Program-made: the position numbers and the translations under genes
Notes under the pieces: model-generated
What the model was told of the DNA's origin: nothing
The model's database searches: none
What the model saw: the letters and a program-made list of their open reading frames with translations, nothing else
Origin: a virus
Taxonomy: Duplodnaviria > Caudoviricetes
Reading direction: 5' to 3' (one strand)
IMG/VR virus record: IMGVR_UViG_3300048693_000367
Span: 58,199-122,198 of that record
DNA length: 64,000 bases
Part shown: positions 9,229 to 19,640 of the stretch, in pieces
How positions within the stretch are numbered: the first letter of the stretch is position 1
How the letters are laid out: every line of letters begins with the position of its first letter

Positions 9229-10837
9229 AACATATCAGTATTCTTGCGGATGTAGTTTCAATTTGATTAATAATAGTTTAGATCAAGGAGTTATTTTTGA
9301 TCCTACTATTGAAAATATTAATCTGGATTGTCAACGAACATGGAATTTGATTTCTGATGGAAATACTAAAGGGTGTTTTCAGTTGGAGTCTCGTCTTGGA
9401 CGATCTATGGCTAAAAAACTAAAGCCAGAAAATATAGAACAGCTTTCTGCTTTAATAGCCATTTTAAGACCAGGAACCTTAGAGGCTATGAGAGATGGAA
9501 AAAGTGTTACTAATCATTATATAGATAAAAAAAATGGTCTAGAATCGGTAGATTATTTTCATCCATCATTAGAACCCATATTAAACAATACATATGGTGA
9601 AATGGTTTATCAAGAACAGGCTATGGAAATTACAAAGGTAGTAGCGGGGTTTAATTTGCAAGAAGCAGATATGTTAAGAAAAGCCATCGGCAAAAAGAAG
9701 CCCGAAGAAATGGCTAAGGTTAAAAGTAAGTTTTTAGAAGGTGCTAAAAGATTAGGCATAGTTTCACTAGATGAGGCAGAACAAATCTTCGGTTGGATTG
9801 AAAAAAGTCAAAGATATTCATTTAATAAGTCTCATAGTGTTAGCTATGCGATAAATGCGTACCTATCAGCGTATGCTAAGGCACACTTTCCAAGAATATT
9901 TTTTGCATCATATTTAAGGTTTGCCAAAGATAAAATAGATCCTCAAGCAGAAATTAAAGAACTAGTACAAAATGCCAATGAAATGGATGTACTAGTCAAA
10001 ACCCCCGATCTGCGTAATATGAATGAATTCTTTGTATTAAAAAACAATAGTATATACTTTGGTTTAACGGATATTAAAGGTGTTGGCAAATCAGTTTTTG
10101 ATAAGTTGACCAATATATCTAGTACTATAGATCTAAATAAAATAAGTTGGTTGGAATTATTATTTAAAATTCTAAACAATATCAACTCAACTGCTGCTAA
10201 AGCCTTGATCCAGAGTGGGGCGACCAACTTTATTAACAAAACTAGAAATAGTATGCTTTTTGAATATAATCTAATTAGTGGATTAACAAAAAAAGAAATA
10301 GAGCATATCGTTAATAACTTAAATAGTTTCGATACTTTGCAACAATCGTTAGAATATCTGCTAACATTACCAAAGATTAATAAAAATCGTAAAAAAAATA
10401 TAGAGGATACGATATATTCGTTGATGAATCCGCCGTATTCATTAGAAGATACTGCCGAATGGCTGGCAGATTCTGAGGATACACTATTAGGCTGTTCGAT
10501 TACATGCTCTAAGCTTGATATGTATGATATTAGTATGACAAACATAACATGCAAAGAACTTAAAACCACACTATCCAAAGACAACCTAATTTTAGGTGGA
10601 GAAATTGATTTTATAAATATTACAAAAACCAAAACCGGTAAAACTAAAGGGGCAGAAATGGCTTTTGTTACCATGACCGACAGCACCGGTACAATAGATT
10701 CTATTGTCTTTTTTCCCGAAAAGTATAAAGAATATAAAAATCTACTATTTCAAGGAAATATTATTATCGTAAAGGGTGGAAAGTCAAAAAATGGCGATGG
10801 ACTAATTGTAGAAAAAGCATATGTGGCCCGTACTTGA
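9221..10837 (+). CDS. dnaE: DnaE fragment 3 (fingers, HhH, OB fold)
   Basis: GCFQLES; LRPG; YQEQ; ADMLRKAIGKK; FNKSHS; IKGVG; MAFVTMTD OB fold. Confidence 0.92.
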   Translation: MTKTYQYSCGCSFNLINNSLDQGVIFDPTIENINLDCQRTWNLISDGNTKGCFQLESRLGRSMAKKLKPENIEQLSALIAILRPGTLEAMRDGKSVTNHYIDKKNGLESVDYFHPSLEPILNNTYGEMVYQEQAMEITKVVAGFNLQEADMLRKAIGKKKPEEMAKVKSKFLEGAKRLGIVSLDEAEQIFGWIEKSQRYSFNKSHSVSYAINAYLSAYAKAHFPRIFFASYLRFAKDKIDPQAEIKELVQNANEMDVLVKTPDLRNMNEFFVLKNNSIYFGLTDIKGVGKSVFDKLTNISSTIDLNKISWLELLFKILNNINSTAAKALIQSGATNFINKTRNSMLFEYNLISGLTKKEIEHIVNNLNSFDTLQQSLEYLLTLPKINKNRKKNIEDTIYSLMNPPYSLEDTAEWLADSEDTLLGCSITCSKLDMYDISMTNITCKELKTTLSKDNLILGGEIDFINITKTKTGKTKGAEMAFVTMTDSTGTIDSIVFFPEKYKEYKNLLFQGNIIIVKGGKSKNGDGLIVEKAYVART

Positions 10838-10861
10838 CACAGGACAGCCACATTTTATAAT
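10834..10861 (+). promoter_or_regulatory. sigma70-type promoter for ssb
   Basis: TTGACA-N16-TATAAT. Confidence 0.75.
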
Positions 10862-10907
10862 ATGGTAGTTTGGTACATTTGGGTTTTTAACTTTTAAAGG
10901 AGCGATT

Positions 10908-11273
10908 ATGAATATTGTAATGCTAAGGGGTAATCTAGCTAGGGATCCTGAACTACGTAAGGTTGGCGACAAGCAAACATCTGTTGTTAATTTTACTGTA
11001 GCAACTTCTAGAGAGTTTACAAAGGCCGATGGATCACAAGATAAGATCACATCTTTTATTCAATGTGAAGCATGGGATAGCGGAGCAGATGCTATTGCTT
11101 CGTCGTTTAAGAAGGGTGATCTTGTGATGGTTGAAGGCTCTTTAAGGAATGACAGCTGGGAAAAGGATGGCGTAAAGCATAGTACTCTTAAGGTAAGAGT
11201 CAATAACTTTGCCAAGATTCAAAAGACTAAGCGATCCGAAAAGACCGTAGAAGCAGAACCAGTAGCGTTCTAA
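10908..11273 (+). CDS. ssb: single-stranded DNA-binding protein
   Basis: MNIVMLRGNLARDPELR; CEAW; KGDLVMVEGSL; acidic/Phe C-terminus. Confidence 0.95.
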   Translation: MNIVMLRGNLARDPELRKVGDKQTSVVNFTVATSREFTKADGSQDKITSFIQCEAWDSGADAIASSFKKGDLVMVEGSLRNDSWEKDGVKHSTLKVRVNNFAKIQKTKRSEKTVEAEPVAF

Positions 11274-11287
11274 AGGGAAGTCCATGG

Positions 11288-11323
11288 GAATCTCTAGTAC
11301 TATAATGGTGCTAGAGATTTTCC
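11288..11323 (+). terminator. hairpin after ssb
   Basis: AATCTCTAGTAC/GTGCTAGAGATT inverted repeat followed by T-rich sequence. Confidence 0.5.
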
Positions 11324-12982
11324 TTGGATAATACTCATAATATGAAAAAAAGAATTTTAGTAGTTAATGATGCTAGCTTTTTAAATACTGGCTATGGTAT
11401 TTATGGTAAAGAATTATTAACAAGACTACATAACAGCGATAAATTTGAAGTAGCAGAATTAGGCTGTTATGCCGACATAACTAATCCTAAAATTAAAAAT
11501 ATTCCATGGAAATTCTATCCTAATGCAGTATCATCGAACGACAATAGACTAGAACAATACAAGTCTAATGCTCTAAATCAGTTCGGACTATGGAGATTCA
11601 ATAGGTGTGTTGTGGATTTTAAGCCACACATTGTTTTTGATGTTCGTGACTATTGGATGTTTTCATATCAAGAAACTAGCCCATATAAGAAATATTTTAA
11701 TTGGGTTATAATGCCAGCAACAGATTCGGCACCACCAAAAACAGAATGGCTATATACTTTTTGTAATGCTGATATGGTTGTGCCGTATACGGAATGGGCA
11801 AAAAAAACACTAAAACTATCATGTGGAAATCAGATAAATCTATTTCCTAAAATTGCAAATGCTGGTATTAATCCCACAGAATTCTATCCTGTAGATAATA
11901 AATCAGAACATAAAAAGAAATATTTTGGTCAGGATTTGCATATCATAGGAACGGTTATGCGTAATCAAAGACGTAAACTACTTCCTGACCTAATGATAGC
12001 ATTTAAAAAATATCTAGAAGTTCTAAACCAATCCAATAATAAAGAACTCGCTGATAAAACATATCTCTATTTACATACGTCATACCCAGAAGATAACGGG
12101 TGGGATATTCCATCATTGTTATTGGAATATGGCATCGCTGATAAAACATATTTTACATATCATTGTAGACATTGCCATGAGTGGTTTCCAGCTAAATTTC
12201 AGCAAAGCACTACGGTCTGCAAACATTGCAATAATAAAACTGCGTGTATTGCTAGCCCAGTAAATGGGATCAATACAGAGCAGCTCAATCAAGTATATAA
12301 TCTCTTCGATCTTTTTGTGCAATATGCTATATGTGAGGGATTTGGTATGCCCCAAATTGAAGCAGCAGCTTGCGGACTCACTCTTGCTTCTGTAGACTAT
12401 AGCGCTATGACTGAGATTATAGATAATTTAGGCGGCTATAAAATTCCAATATCTCGCACATTTAGAGAGATGGAAACTAATGCTGATAGAGTTTATCCAG
12501 ATATTGATACAACCGTAGCTATTATGTATGATTTCTTTGTCAATTTATCTGATGAAGATCGTGTCGCTAATGGCAGATTAACAAGAGAAAAGTGTGTATC
12601 TCATTATACGTGGGATAATGTATATAAAGTATGGGAAGAATGTTTTGATAGTATCAATATCAACAATAAACTAGCGTGGGACTCTCCATCCGCACAACAA
12701 ACTAACCATACGGTAAAAGTACCAAAAGAGCTAACAGATAAAGAATTTATACAATTTATTTGTATGAACGTGATAAACGATACAACACTATTAAATACGG
12801 CTCATATTCAGTCGTTGATTAAGGATTCTGTTGGTGGTATGGTTGCTAAACCAGGATCTATAGTTTCTATTAATCGTCATTATTTAGTAGATAAATTAGA
12901 AGCATATCTAAATAATAAAATTATGTGCGAAAAAATGAGAATCGACCCTCAGTTTATTATAAGAGAGGATTTTATTAAATAA
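11324..12982 (+). CDS. GT-B (GT4-like) glycosyltransferase
   Basis: TGYGIY; MRNQRRK; EGFGMPQIEAAACG. Confidence 0.85.
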   Translation: MDNTHNMKKRILVVNDASFLNTGYGIYGKELLTRLHNSDKFEVAELGCYADITNPKIKNIPWKFYPNAVSSNDNRLEQYKSNALNQFGLWRFNRCVVDFKPHIVFDVRDYWMFSYQETSPYKKYFNWVIMPATDSAPPKTEWLYTFCNADMVVPYTEWAKKTLKLSCGNQINLFPKIANAGINPTEFYPVDNKSEHKKKYFGQDLHIIGTVMRNQRRKLLPDLMIAFKKYLEVLNQSNNKELADKTYLYLHTSYPEDNGWDIPSLLLEYGIADKTYFTYHCRHCHEWFPAKFQQSTTVCKHCNNKTACIASPVNGINTEQLNQVYNLFDLFVQYAICEGFGMPQIEAAACGLTLASVDYSAMTEIIDNLGGYKIPISRTFREMETNADRVYPDIDTTVAIMYDFFVNLSDEDRVANGRLTREKCVSHYTWDNVYKVWEECFDSININNKLAWDSPSAQQTNHTVKVPKELTDKEFIQFICMNVINDTTLLNTAHIQSLIKDSVGGMVAKPGSIVSINRHYLVDKLEAYLNNKIMCEKMRIDPQFIIREDFIK

Positions 12983-12984
12983 TT

Positions 12985-13740
12985 ATGGATCATCAAGTAC
13001 ATAGTATTCATACTCCGTGCAAACAGTGTGTTTTTGCTCAATATGAGAATATCACACAAACAGGCTGTCATCTAGACTATATCAGCAAGTATCGTGCATC
13101 AGGAATCGAAATATTAGAAGCTTATGATAACGATAAAGAATTTTATATCATTAACGATAAAAAGTGCATAGGATATAGAGAAAATAAGTGGTTTAATCAA
13201 TTTAATTTAGCAGATGCTTCTATTGAAGAGAAAATTCATCACTATAAGCAAAACAATAAGTTACATTATCTAGTTATAGTTAATATGAAAAACTTTTCCA
13301 CTACTCAGCTAGTGGATTTTTTTACAGAATTAACTCGAACCGATATTAGGCCACAAAAGATTATTCTTATAAGATATAGAGATCCATCGTTCAATTTAAG
13401 TTATGAAAAAATAGAATCTATTATTAATGAATCCAAAATAGGTTGTCCGTGGCGTATTCAAACCATATTAGACGATTCTATGTCTTATGACGATATACTG
13501 CATAATGCTACAGCTCTTAATCAAAAATATAGATTTATACTGTCTATTTCGGAACCAACATCCGATTTTGCTTATTTAATAGACTATACTAATGATATAG
13601 TATATGAAAAGCTTGAACAATTTTCTGTAGTATCCAACCCATCTAAAACAGTGCTAATATATAGTGGTGGCGTTTATAGGTTTGGTATTGCCAATAATGA
13701 AAATATACTACACAAATACGACAAATACGATATATTATGA
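12985..13740 (+). CDS. hypothetical protein
   Basis: 251-aa ORF in operon; N-terminal Cys cluster. Confidence 0.6.
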   Translation: MDHQVHSIHTPCKQCVFAQYENITQTGCHLDYISKYRASGIEILEAYDNDKEFYIINDKKCIGYRENKWFNQFNLADASIEEKIHHYKQNNKLHYLVIVNMKNFSTTQLVDFFTELTRTDIRPQKIILIRYRDPSFNLSYEKIESIINESKIGCPWRIQTILDDSMSYDDILHNATALNQKYRFILSISEPTSDFAYLIDYTNDIVYEKLEQFSVVSNPSKTVLIYSGGVYRFGIANNENILHKYDKYDIL

Positions 13741-14393
13741 ACTGTATTATACTGGGCGATAAATTTCAAAAACGCATGAAATCTAAAGGATGTGTTGGTT
13801 TAATCAAAGTCAATAATAAAAGCATAATACAAAATCAATATAAGATTATTAAACAAGTATTCCCAAAAGCAAATATAGTTTACGTATATGGTTTTGAAAA
13901 TAAAAGATTTCAATCATTTTTATCAAACAAAACGAGTGGCTTAGACAATATTATTAGTATATATAATCATAATTTTGAAAAATATAATAATGCCTATAGT
14001 CTGTCTTTGGTCGATAATTTTTTAAATGATGATTGTATGATATTTTTTGGTGATATTATTTTGTCTAAAAAAACTTTTGATAAATTCACACCATGCAATG
14101 GCTCACAAATATTTATTAGTCAAAAAAATAAACATAGACTTGGTTGTGTTATCAATAATTCTAAGATAGAAAATATAGCTTACGATCTAGATAACTATCT
14201 ATCAGAAGTTTATTTTCTTACTAAAAATCATTCGATTATGATAAAAGATTTATTAAATAATAAAATTAATCATAATTGTTTTATATTTGAAATTATCAAT
14301 AAACTTATAGATATGGATCAAACTATTAGTCCACTATTTTCTGAAAACATATCATCATTAACACTCTTATCAAATAGGATGCAGTATGAATAA
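13737..14393 (+). CDS. nucleotidyltransferase-like protein (LicC/MobA-like fold, possibly degenerate)
   Basis: CIILG...RMKS; GFE; N..F.KYNNAYSL; FFGDII. Confidence 0.6.
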   Translation: MNCIILGDKFQKRMKSKGCVGLIKVNNKSIIQNQYKIIKQVFPKANIVYVYGFENKRFQSFLSNKTSGLDNIISIYNHNFEKYNNAYSLSLVDNFLNDDCMIFFGDIILSKKTFDKFTPCNGSQIFISQKNKHRLGCVINNSKIENIAYDLDNYLSEVYFLTKNHSIMIKDLLNNKINHNCFIFEIINKLIDMDQTISPLFSENISSLTLLSNRMQYE

Positions 14394-14727
14394 CTCATTT
14401 GGTATATTCGCAGAAAATCTAGAAGAGAATAAAAATCTCATTTATGAACTAGGTAATCAATGCAAAAAACTAGGAGACACTGTATTATTTACAGACAGCA
14501 TACAAAGTAACGAATTTATCGAGTATGCTATTTTTCCATCTTTTTATATGAGATTTTTTCAGGGTGTTGTTATCTTTCTAAATATAGAAGACCATACTGA
14601 GCACAAAAATAATATAATAGGTAAGCCCATGCTATATTTAACTGAACAAACACTTAAACACACTAAGATAGATGGATCAATGGTTAATAAATCAGAAATA
14701 TTTTCAGCGTCTGGAGGATATTCATGA
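14386..14727 (+). CDS. hypothetical protein
   Basis: ORF overlapping neighbours. Confidence 0.55.
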   Translation: MNNSFGIFAENLEENKNLIYELGNQCKKLGDTVLFTDSIQSNEFIEYAIFPSFYMRFFQGVVIFLNIEDHTEHKNNIIGKPMLYLTEQTLKHTKIDGSMVNKSEIFSASGGYS

Positions 14728-15515
14728 ATTACAACGAACTATCTGATAAACAAAAAAAAGAACTATTAATTAATGAATATGAGATTAATAATCATAGCTT
14801 TAGAGAAATAGCCATATCATATGGTACTTATGCTAATAAAATCCGAAGAGATGCTATAAAGTTTAAGATTAATATCAAAAATAAAAGCCAAGCACAAAAA
14901 AATGCCATATCTAGCGGTAAAGTAGATCATCCAACAAAGGGTAAAAACAGATCCGAAGAAGTAAAAGAAAAAATTGGCTTATCCGTAATGAAAGCATGGG
15001 ATGAACTAGATGAACAAACACTAATCAAACGCAAAGAAAAAGCTCGTCAAAACTGGGAAAGTTTACCAGATGACATCAAAGATAATATCTTAAGAGAAGC
15101 TAATATAGGAGTAAGACAAGCCAGTAGAACTGGTTCAAAACTAGAAACATTTATTTTGAAAGCGTTATTGAAAGATGGCTATCGTGTGGAGTTTCACAAA
15201 GAACAAACTCTATCAAATACCAAGTTGCAAATAGACCTATTTCTGCCTACTTTAAATACAGCAATCGAGATTGATGGATTGTCTCACTTTGAGCCGGTGT
15301 GGGGTCACGATACCCTGGCCAGAAATCAAGGATATGACAATAAGAAAACAGGACTCATACTAGGTAAAGGTTTGGTTTTAATTAGAATCAAACAATTAAA
15401 AGATTTCTCGCCAAGCAGAGCGAAAGTATTGTATAGCGAACTTAAACAGATACTAGAAGATATACAAATAAAATTTCCTGACACAGACCATAGAAATATT
15501 ACAATAGGAGACTGA
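14724..15515 (+). CDS. Vsr/DUF559-like endonuclease with N-terminal DNA-binding motifs
   Basis: KGKNRSEEVKEKI (NUMOD3-like); SKLE...IDLFLP...AIEIDGLSH...D..K. Confidence 0.7.
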   Translation: MNYNELSDKQKKELLINEYEINNHSFREIAISYGTYANKIRRDAIKFKINIKNKSQAQKNAISSGKVDHPTKGKNRSEEVKEKIGLSVMKAWDELDEQTLIKRKEKARQNWESLPDDIKDNILREANIGVRQASRTGSKLETFILKALLKDGYRVEFHKEQTLSNTKLQIDLFLPTLNTAIEIDGLSHFEPVWGHDTLARNQGYDNKKTGLILGKGLVLIRIKQLKDFSPSRAKVLYSELKQILEDIQIKFPDTDHRNITIGD

Positions 15516-15519
15516 TATA

Positions 15520-16257
15520 ATGGGCAGACCAAAGAAGGATACAACAGAGACTGTGAACGAAACCATATCGGTGGAAATCGACACAAATAACAAGCCTGTA
15601 ACACCTAATGATTTGGAATGGACTGATCATGTGCTTGGATTATTAACTGACGATGAGAAGATCGCTGGTAATCCCACAACAGATGGACTAAGACGTATTT
15701 TTGAAATTGCTTTAGATTGCACCGTTATTAATGCCGAGTCACAAGTTGTTCAATCTCCTTCTGTAGATAATGAAAGACGAGCAACAGTGGTTCATTCATT
15801 GTCATATATGATGAATAATATGGATAATAATGATATGAGAACACTAAGAACTGTTAGTGGCGCTGCGGATGTTTATTGGGGCAATTGCGACAAGGTATAT
15901 AGAAACCATCCGGTTGCGGTAGCAGAAACCAGAGCAGAGGGTAGAGCTTTAAGACGAGCACTTAAGCTGCGTAAAGTAGTAGCGGCAGAAGAATTGGCTA
16001 AAGATATTGATACTAGTCATTTAGAAGAGAATAATATTGGTAAAATTAATAGTACTCAAATTAATTTCTTTGAAGTATTTGGTAAACGGCTAAATATTAA
16101 TATTCATAAGCTATTAGAAAAACTTGCTGTGGATCATAAAAATGTCTATAATATATCATATGACGATGCGGTAAAAACAATTACCACACTGTCAAGCTAT
16201 CAACAAACAAACGATATACCTCAAGATATTATTGGGTATGATCCAAACTGGAAATAG
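15520..16257 (+). CDS. putative single-strand annealing/recombination protein
   Basis: GL..., AVAETRAEGRALRRAL...AAEEL resembles phage SSAP motifs. Confidence 0.45.
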   Translation: MGRPKKDTTETVNETISVEIDTNNKPVTPNDLEWTDHVLGLLTDDEKIAGNPTTDGLRRIFEIALDCTVINAESQVVQSPSVDNERRATVVHSLSYMMNNMDNNDMRTLRTVSGAADVYWGNCDKVYRNHPVAVAETRAEGRALRRALKLRKVVAAEELAKDIDTSHLEENNIGKINSTQINFFEVFGKRLNINIHKLLEKLAVDHKNVYNISYDDAVKTITTLSSYQQTNDIPQDIIGYDPNWK

Positions 16258-16266
16258 GGGTGAGCT

Positions 16267-16596
16267 ATGAAAGTCAAATATAAGGTTGGAGATAAATTAG
16301 AGTTTGAACTAGAGGGTTCTGGTCAAAAAGAAATTTTTAAAGAACTAGCTCTCATACAAGAAATTTTTGCTGAAGAAAAGTGTGGATTGTGTAGTAGCAC
16401 CAACCTTAGATTTGTTGTTCGTAATGTTGAAGGAAACGATTATTACGAATTGCGTTGCGCCGACTGTGGCGCTATACTAGCGTTTGGTCAACACAAAAAA
16501 GGCGGAACATTATTTCCTAAACGAAAAGACGATGATGGTAACTATTTACCAAACAAGGGTTGGCACAAGTGGACTAAAGAATCTAAAGACAAATAA
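16267..16596 (+). CDS. hypothetical Zn-finger protein
   Basis: CGLC...CADC. Confidence 0.6.
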   Translation: MKVKYKVGDKLEFELEGSGQKEIFKELALIQEIFAEEKCGLCSSTNLRFVVRNVEGNDYYELRCADCGAILAFGQHKKGGTLFPKRKDDDGNYLPNKGWHKWTKESKDK

Positions 16597-17561
16597 TGAG
16601 TCCGATCTATTTACAAGATGGTAAAATTCTTATAAATAATAATAAGATAGCTATCGGTCCTAGTTGTTGCTGTGCTACGACAAGGCTAGAATGTGCCACC
16701 TATCAATGTCAAGCTCTAATAATGGAGTGTGAGGATGGTACTAAAACATATAAAGGACTATCTCCTTTTACTACTACGTGGCAGATCCTTAAAAAAGGAA
16801 ATATTGAAATTTTAACTGATCCTAATCCTCCGGGCGCTCCTCCCTACTATTTCGTAGACCCTTATGGAGTATCACACGATCCTTATTCAGAACCAGAATA
16901 TGCGGGACTAACGGGCGGGTTTGCTTCGCAAATGTATGGATGTATTTATTTAAGCGATTGTGCGTTCGGCTATCTTGGCTATGAATGGTATATAGATGGA
17001 GAACCTGTTCCACAATCAGAATGTTGTCCAGATTTTACAACATGTTATGGCTATAATCAATTCGTAGGTGGCACATGGCCGGACGGCTTTGGGGGTACTC
17101 CCCAGGCTGCGGCACCAGGACCAGGATACATGATATTTGGAGTGCCAGACGTTTGGATTCCTGGTAAAATTGAAAATGGAGCTATGATAGGATATGATTG
17201 TGATAATATCTTTGCAGGTACGAACCTTGCAATGGTTGGAAGTGGCTGTAGTCTTAGTTGTACTCCCATAGTGTCTCCTCCTGTTCCGCCAGAAAGTGTA
17301 TATTATTATTGTATGGGAACTTGTACTCAAGATGATGGAACAGCAACTTTCGAATTTATGGGAGAATGCACCGGAAGATTTGATTTGCTTTATGAGTCCG
17401 CGACGTGGTTGGGGGGTTATGGACGCTGTTGCGAGCCAACTAGCGATCCCGATGCTGTGCCACCATTTAGATTAAAAGTAGAATGTGACGCTCTTGGTGG
17501 CACATGGTATAATACTACTTATGCTCAAACATGCAATCAACTAGCTAATCCCTTCCCATGA
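16596..17561 (+). CDS. Cys/Gly/Pro-rich hypothetical protein
   Basis: PSCCC N-terminus, many Cys; higher GC than flanks. Confidence 0.6.
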   Translation: MSPIYLQDGKILINNNKIAIGPSCCCATTRLECATYQCQALIMECEDGTKTYKGLSPFTTTWQILKKGNIEILTDPNPPGAPPYYFVDPYGVSHDPYSEPEYAGLTGGFASQMYGCIYLSDCAFGYLGYEWYIDGEPVPQSECCPDFTTCYGYNQFVGGTWPDGFGGTPQAAAPGPGYMIFGVPDVWIPGKIENGAMIGYDCDNIFAGTNLAMVGSGCSLSCTPIVSPPVPPESVYYYCMGTCTQDDGTATFEFMGECTGRFDLLYESATWLGGYGRCCEPTSDPDAVPPFRLKVECDALGGTWYNTTYAQTCNQLANPFP

Positions 17562-18004
17562 TTACTGCTAAAAAAGTTTTTTTTATAGAACGTTGCAATG
17601 AGCGCGGCTATACTTTGGACCAAGTTAAAGATTGTATAGTTTCAGAAAATGGAGATGATATTACTGTTGATGAAACTCATCCATCATATCCGAAGAAATC
17701 TAAAAACGCCATCTCTTCACCACCTGTTTCTGGTTTGATATCTGTTGATACAGGAGGCACTGGAACAGAATTAAAAAAAATATTAACTAAAATAGGCATA
17801 AAAGCTACTCCAAATTGTTCATGTAATACTAGAGCTAAAATTATGGATGAAAAGGGTGCTGATTGGTGTGAAAACAATATTGATACTATCGTTGGCTGGT
17901 TAAGGGAAGAAGCCGATAAAAGAAATCTTCCGTTTATAGATTATGCTGGTAAATTATTAATCAAACGAGCAATAAAAAACTCTAGAGCAAACAATGTTAT
18001 ATAA
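17558..18004 (+). CDS. hypothetical protein
   Basis: GTELKK...CSC..RA..MD..G..WC motif. Confidence 0.6.
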   Translation: MITAKKVFFIERCNERGYTLDQVKDCIVSENGDDITVDETHPSYPKKSKNAISSPPVSGLISVDTGGTGTELKKILTKIGIKATPNCSCNTRAKIMDEKGADWCENNIDTIVGWLREEADKRNLPFIDYAGKLLIKRAIKNSRANNVI

Positions 18005-19631
18005 TATATCTTTTGTTACGGGCATATGGGATTTGGGACGAGATTTGGCCGCTAGTGGGTGGAATAGAACATTTCAGCATTATATAGATAATTTTATTAG
18101 ACTATTAACAGAGATGAAAGACTATAATCTTATAGTCTTCATAGACCCTTCCATAGAACATATAGTATGGGAGCATAGAGACAGGAAAAATACTGTTGTT
18201 TATCATCATCCTAAAAATAATTTTAAAGGTAATTTTTTTCCATTCTTTGATCAGATACAAAAAATTCGTAATAATTCAGAGTGGTATGGTCAGGCTGGGT
18301 GGTTAAAAAACAGTACGCAAGGATCATTAGAATATTATAATCCTATGGTCATGAGCAAAATGTTCTTGCTCAATAATGCACGACTATTTAATCCTTTTAA
18401 TAGCGAATATTATTATTGGATCGATGGTGGCATTACTAACACTCTAAGTCTAGGATATTTCAATAATCCTGTTGTAATAAATAATTTAATCAACTTATCT
18501 AAAAAGTTTTTATTTATATGTTTTCCATATGAAACCAATTCGGAAATTCATGGCTTTAATATACAAGCAATGAAAAAATTTAGCAATAGCGAGGTTGTAA
18601 ATAGGGTGGCTCGTGGTGGATTTTTTGGAGGACACAAAAACTATATTGCTCAAGCGAACGGACTATACTATCAATTATTGCATAATTCTCTAAATGAAGG
18701 TTTCATGGGAACCGAAGAGAGCATTTTTACAATAATGACATATCTACAACCAGAAACGTATCATTATGAAATGATTAATGGAGATGGGTTAATATATGTC
18801 TTTTTCGAAAAATTACAACAAAAAACTTATATGCCGAATAATTCTAAGGCAGTTAATCTGTACATAAATACTTTTCAGTCGCCATCTCAGTTGCAAATGT
18901 TATTGGATTCATTTGAAAAATATGAGCCATCATTCCTACAATATACAAATAAAATTTTAATCAATAACACCCCCAACACGGATAAAAATACAGAATTATT
19001 TAAAGATTATGATAATATTTGTGAAAAATACCAGTTCACGCAAATAAAAAATGGAAATATGGGTATTTGTGGATCTAGACAATGGTGTGCCGAACACTTC
19101 GAAAACTCAGACTCTGAATATATGTTGTTTTTTGAAGATGATATGTTATTAGATTTTAGTGGTAATTGTCCATTTGGTTTTAATAAAAATGTTGAAAATT
19201 TATTAGAAACTATCATCCAGATAATGAATAAAGAAAAGTATGATTTTTTAAAGTTAAGTTTTAGCGAATTTTATGGACACAACGGCGAACAGTGGAGTTG
19301 GCATAATGTGCCACAAAATCAAAAGATACAATATTTTGGTAAATTACTTAATAGGCCACCCACAAAATTCAATAATATCAAATCTTTAAACAACACCCCA
19401 TATGCTGATGGTGAGATTTACTATAGTAACTGGCCACATATTATAAGCAAAGAGGGCAATAAACGTTGCTTTTTGGATACCAAATGGGCTCATCCTTTCG
19501 AACAAACTTGGATGAGTCATTTATATACTTTGGCTCATAATAACATTATTAAGCCAGCAATACTGCTCGCTAGTCCCATAACACATAATCGTGAACACCA
19601 CTATCTCGCATCAGAACGCAAGGAAAACTAA
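17994..19631 (+). CDS. two-domain glycosyltransferase (HtrL/YibB-like + GT-A domain)
   Basis: FVTGIWDLGR; MSKMF; NPFNSEYYYWIDGG; GGFFGG; second domain FFEDD. Confidence 0.75.
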   Translation: MLYNISFVTGIWDLGRDLAASGWNRTFQHYIDNFIRLLTEMKDYNLIVFIDPSIEHIVWEHRDRKNTVVYHHPKNNFKGNFFPFFDQIQKIRNNSEWYGQAGWLKNSTQGSLEYYNPMVMSKMFLLNNARLFNPFNSEYYYWIDGGITNTLSLGYFNNPVVINNLINLSKKFLFICFPYETNSEIHGFNIQAMKKFSNSEVVNRVARGGFFGGHKNYIAQANGLYYQLLHNSLNEGFMGTEESIFTIMTYLQPETYHYEMINGDGLIYVFFEKLQQKTYMPNNSKAVNLYINTFQSPSQLQMLLDSFEKYEPSFLQYTNKILINNTPNTDKNTELFKDYDNICEKYQFTQIKNGNMGICGSRQWCAEHFENSDSEYMLFFEDDMLLDFSGNCPFGFNKNVENLLETIIQIMNKEKYDFLKLSFSEFYGHNGEQWSWHNVPQNQKIQYFGKLLNRPPTKFNNIKSLNNTPYADGEIYYSNWPHIISKEGNKRCFLDTKWAHPFEQTWMSHLYTLAHNNIIKPAILLASPITHNREHHYLASERKEN

Positions 19632-19640
19632 GGATTAATT

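Noticed and set aside
9943-10686. 247-aa minus-strand ORF and similar antisense ORFs (e.g. 32012..32500, 35798..36226, 52080..52466, 62105..62662)
   Set aside because: Shadow frames opposite well-supported genes, with no motifs or RBS.
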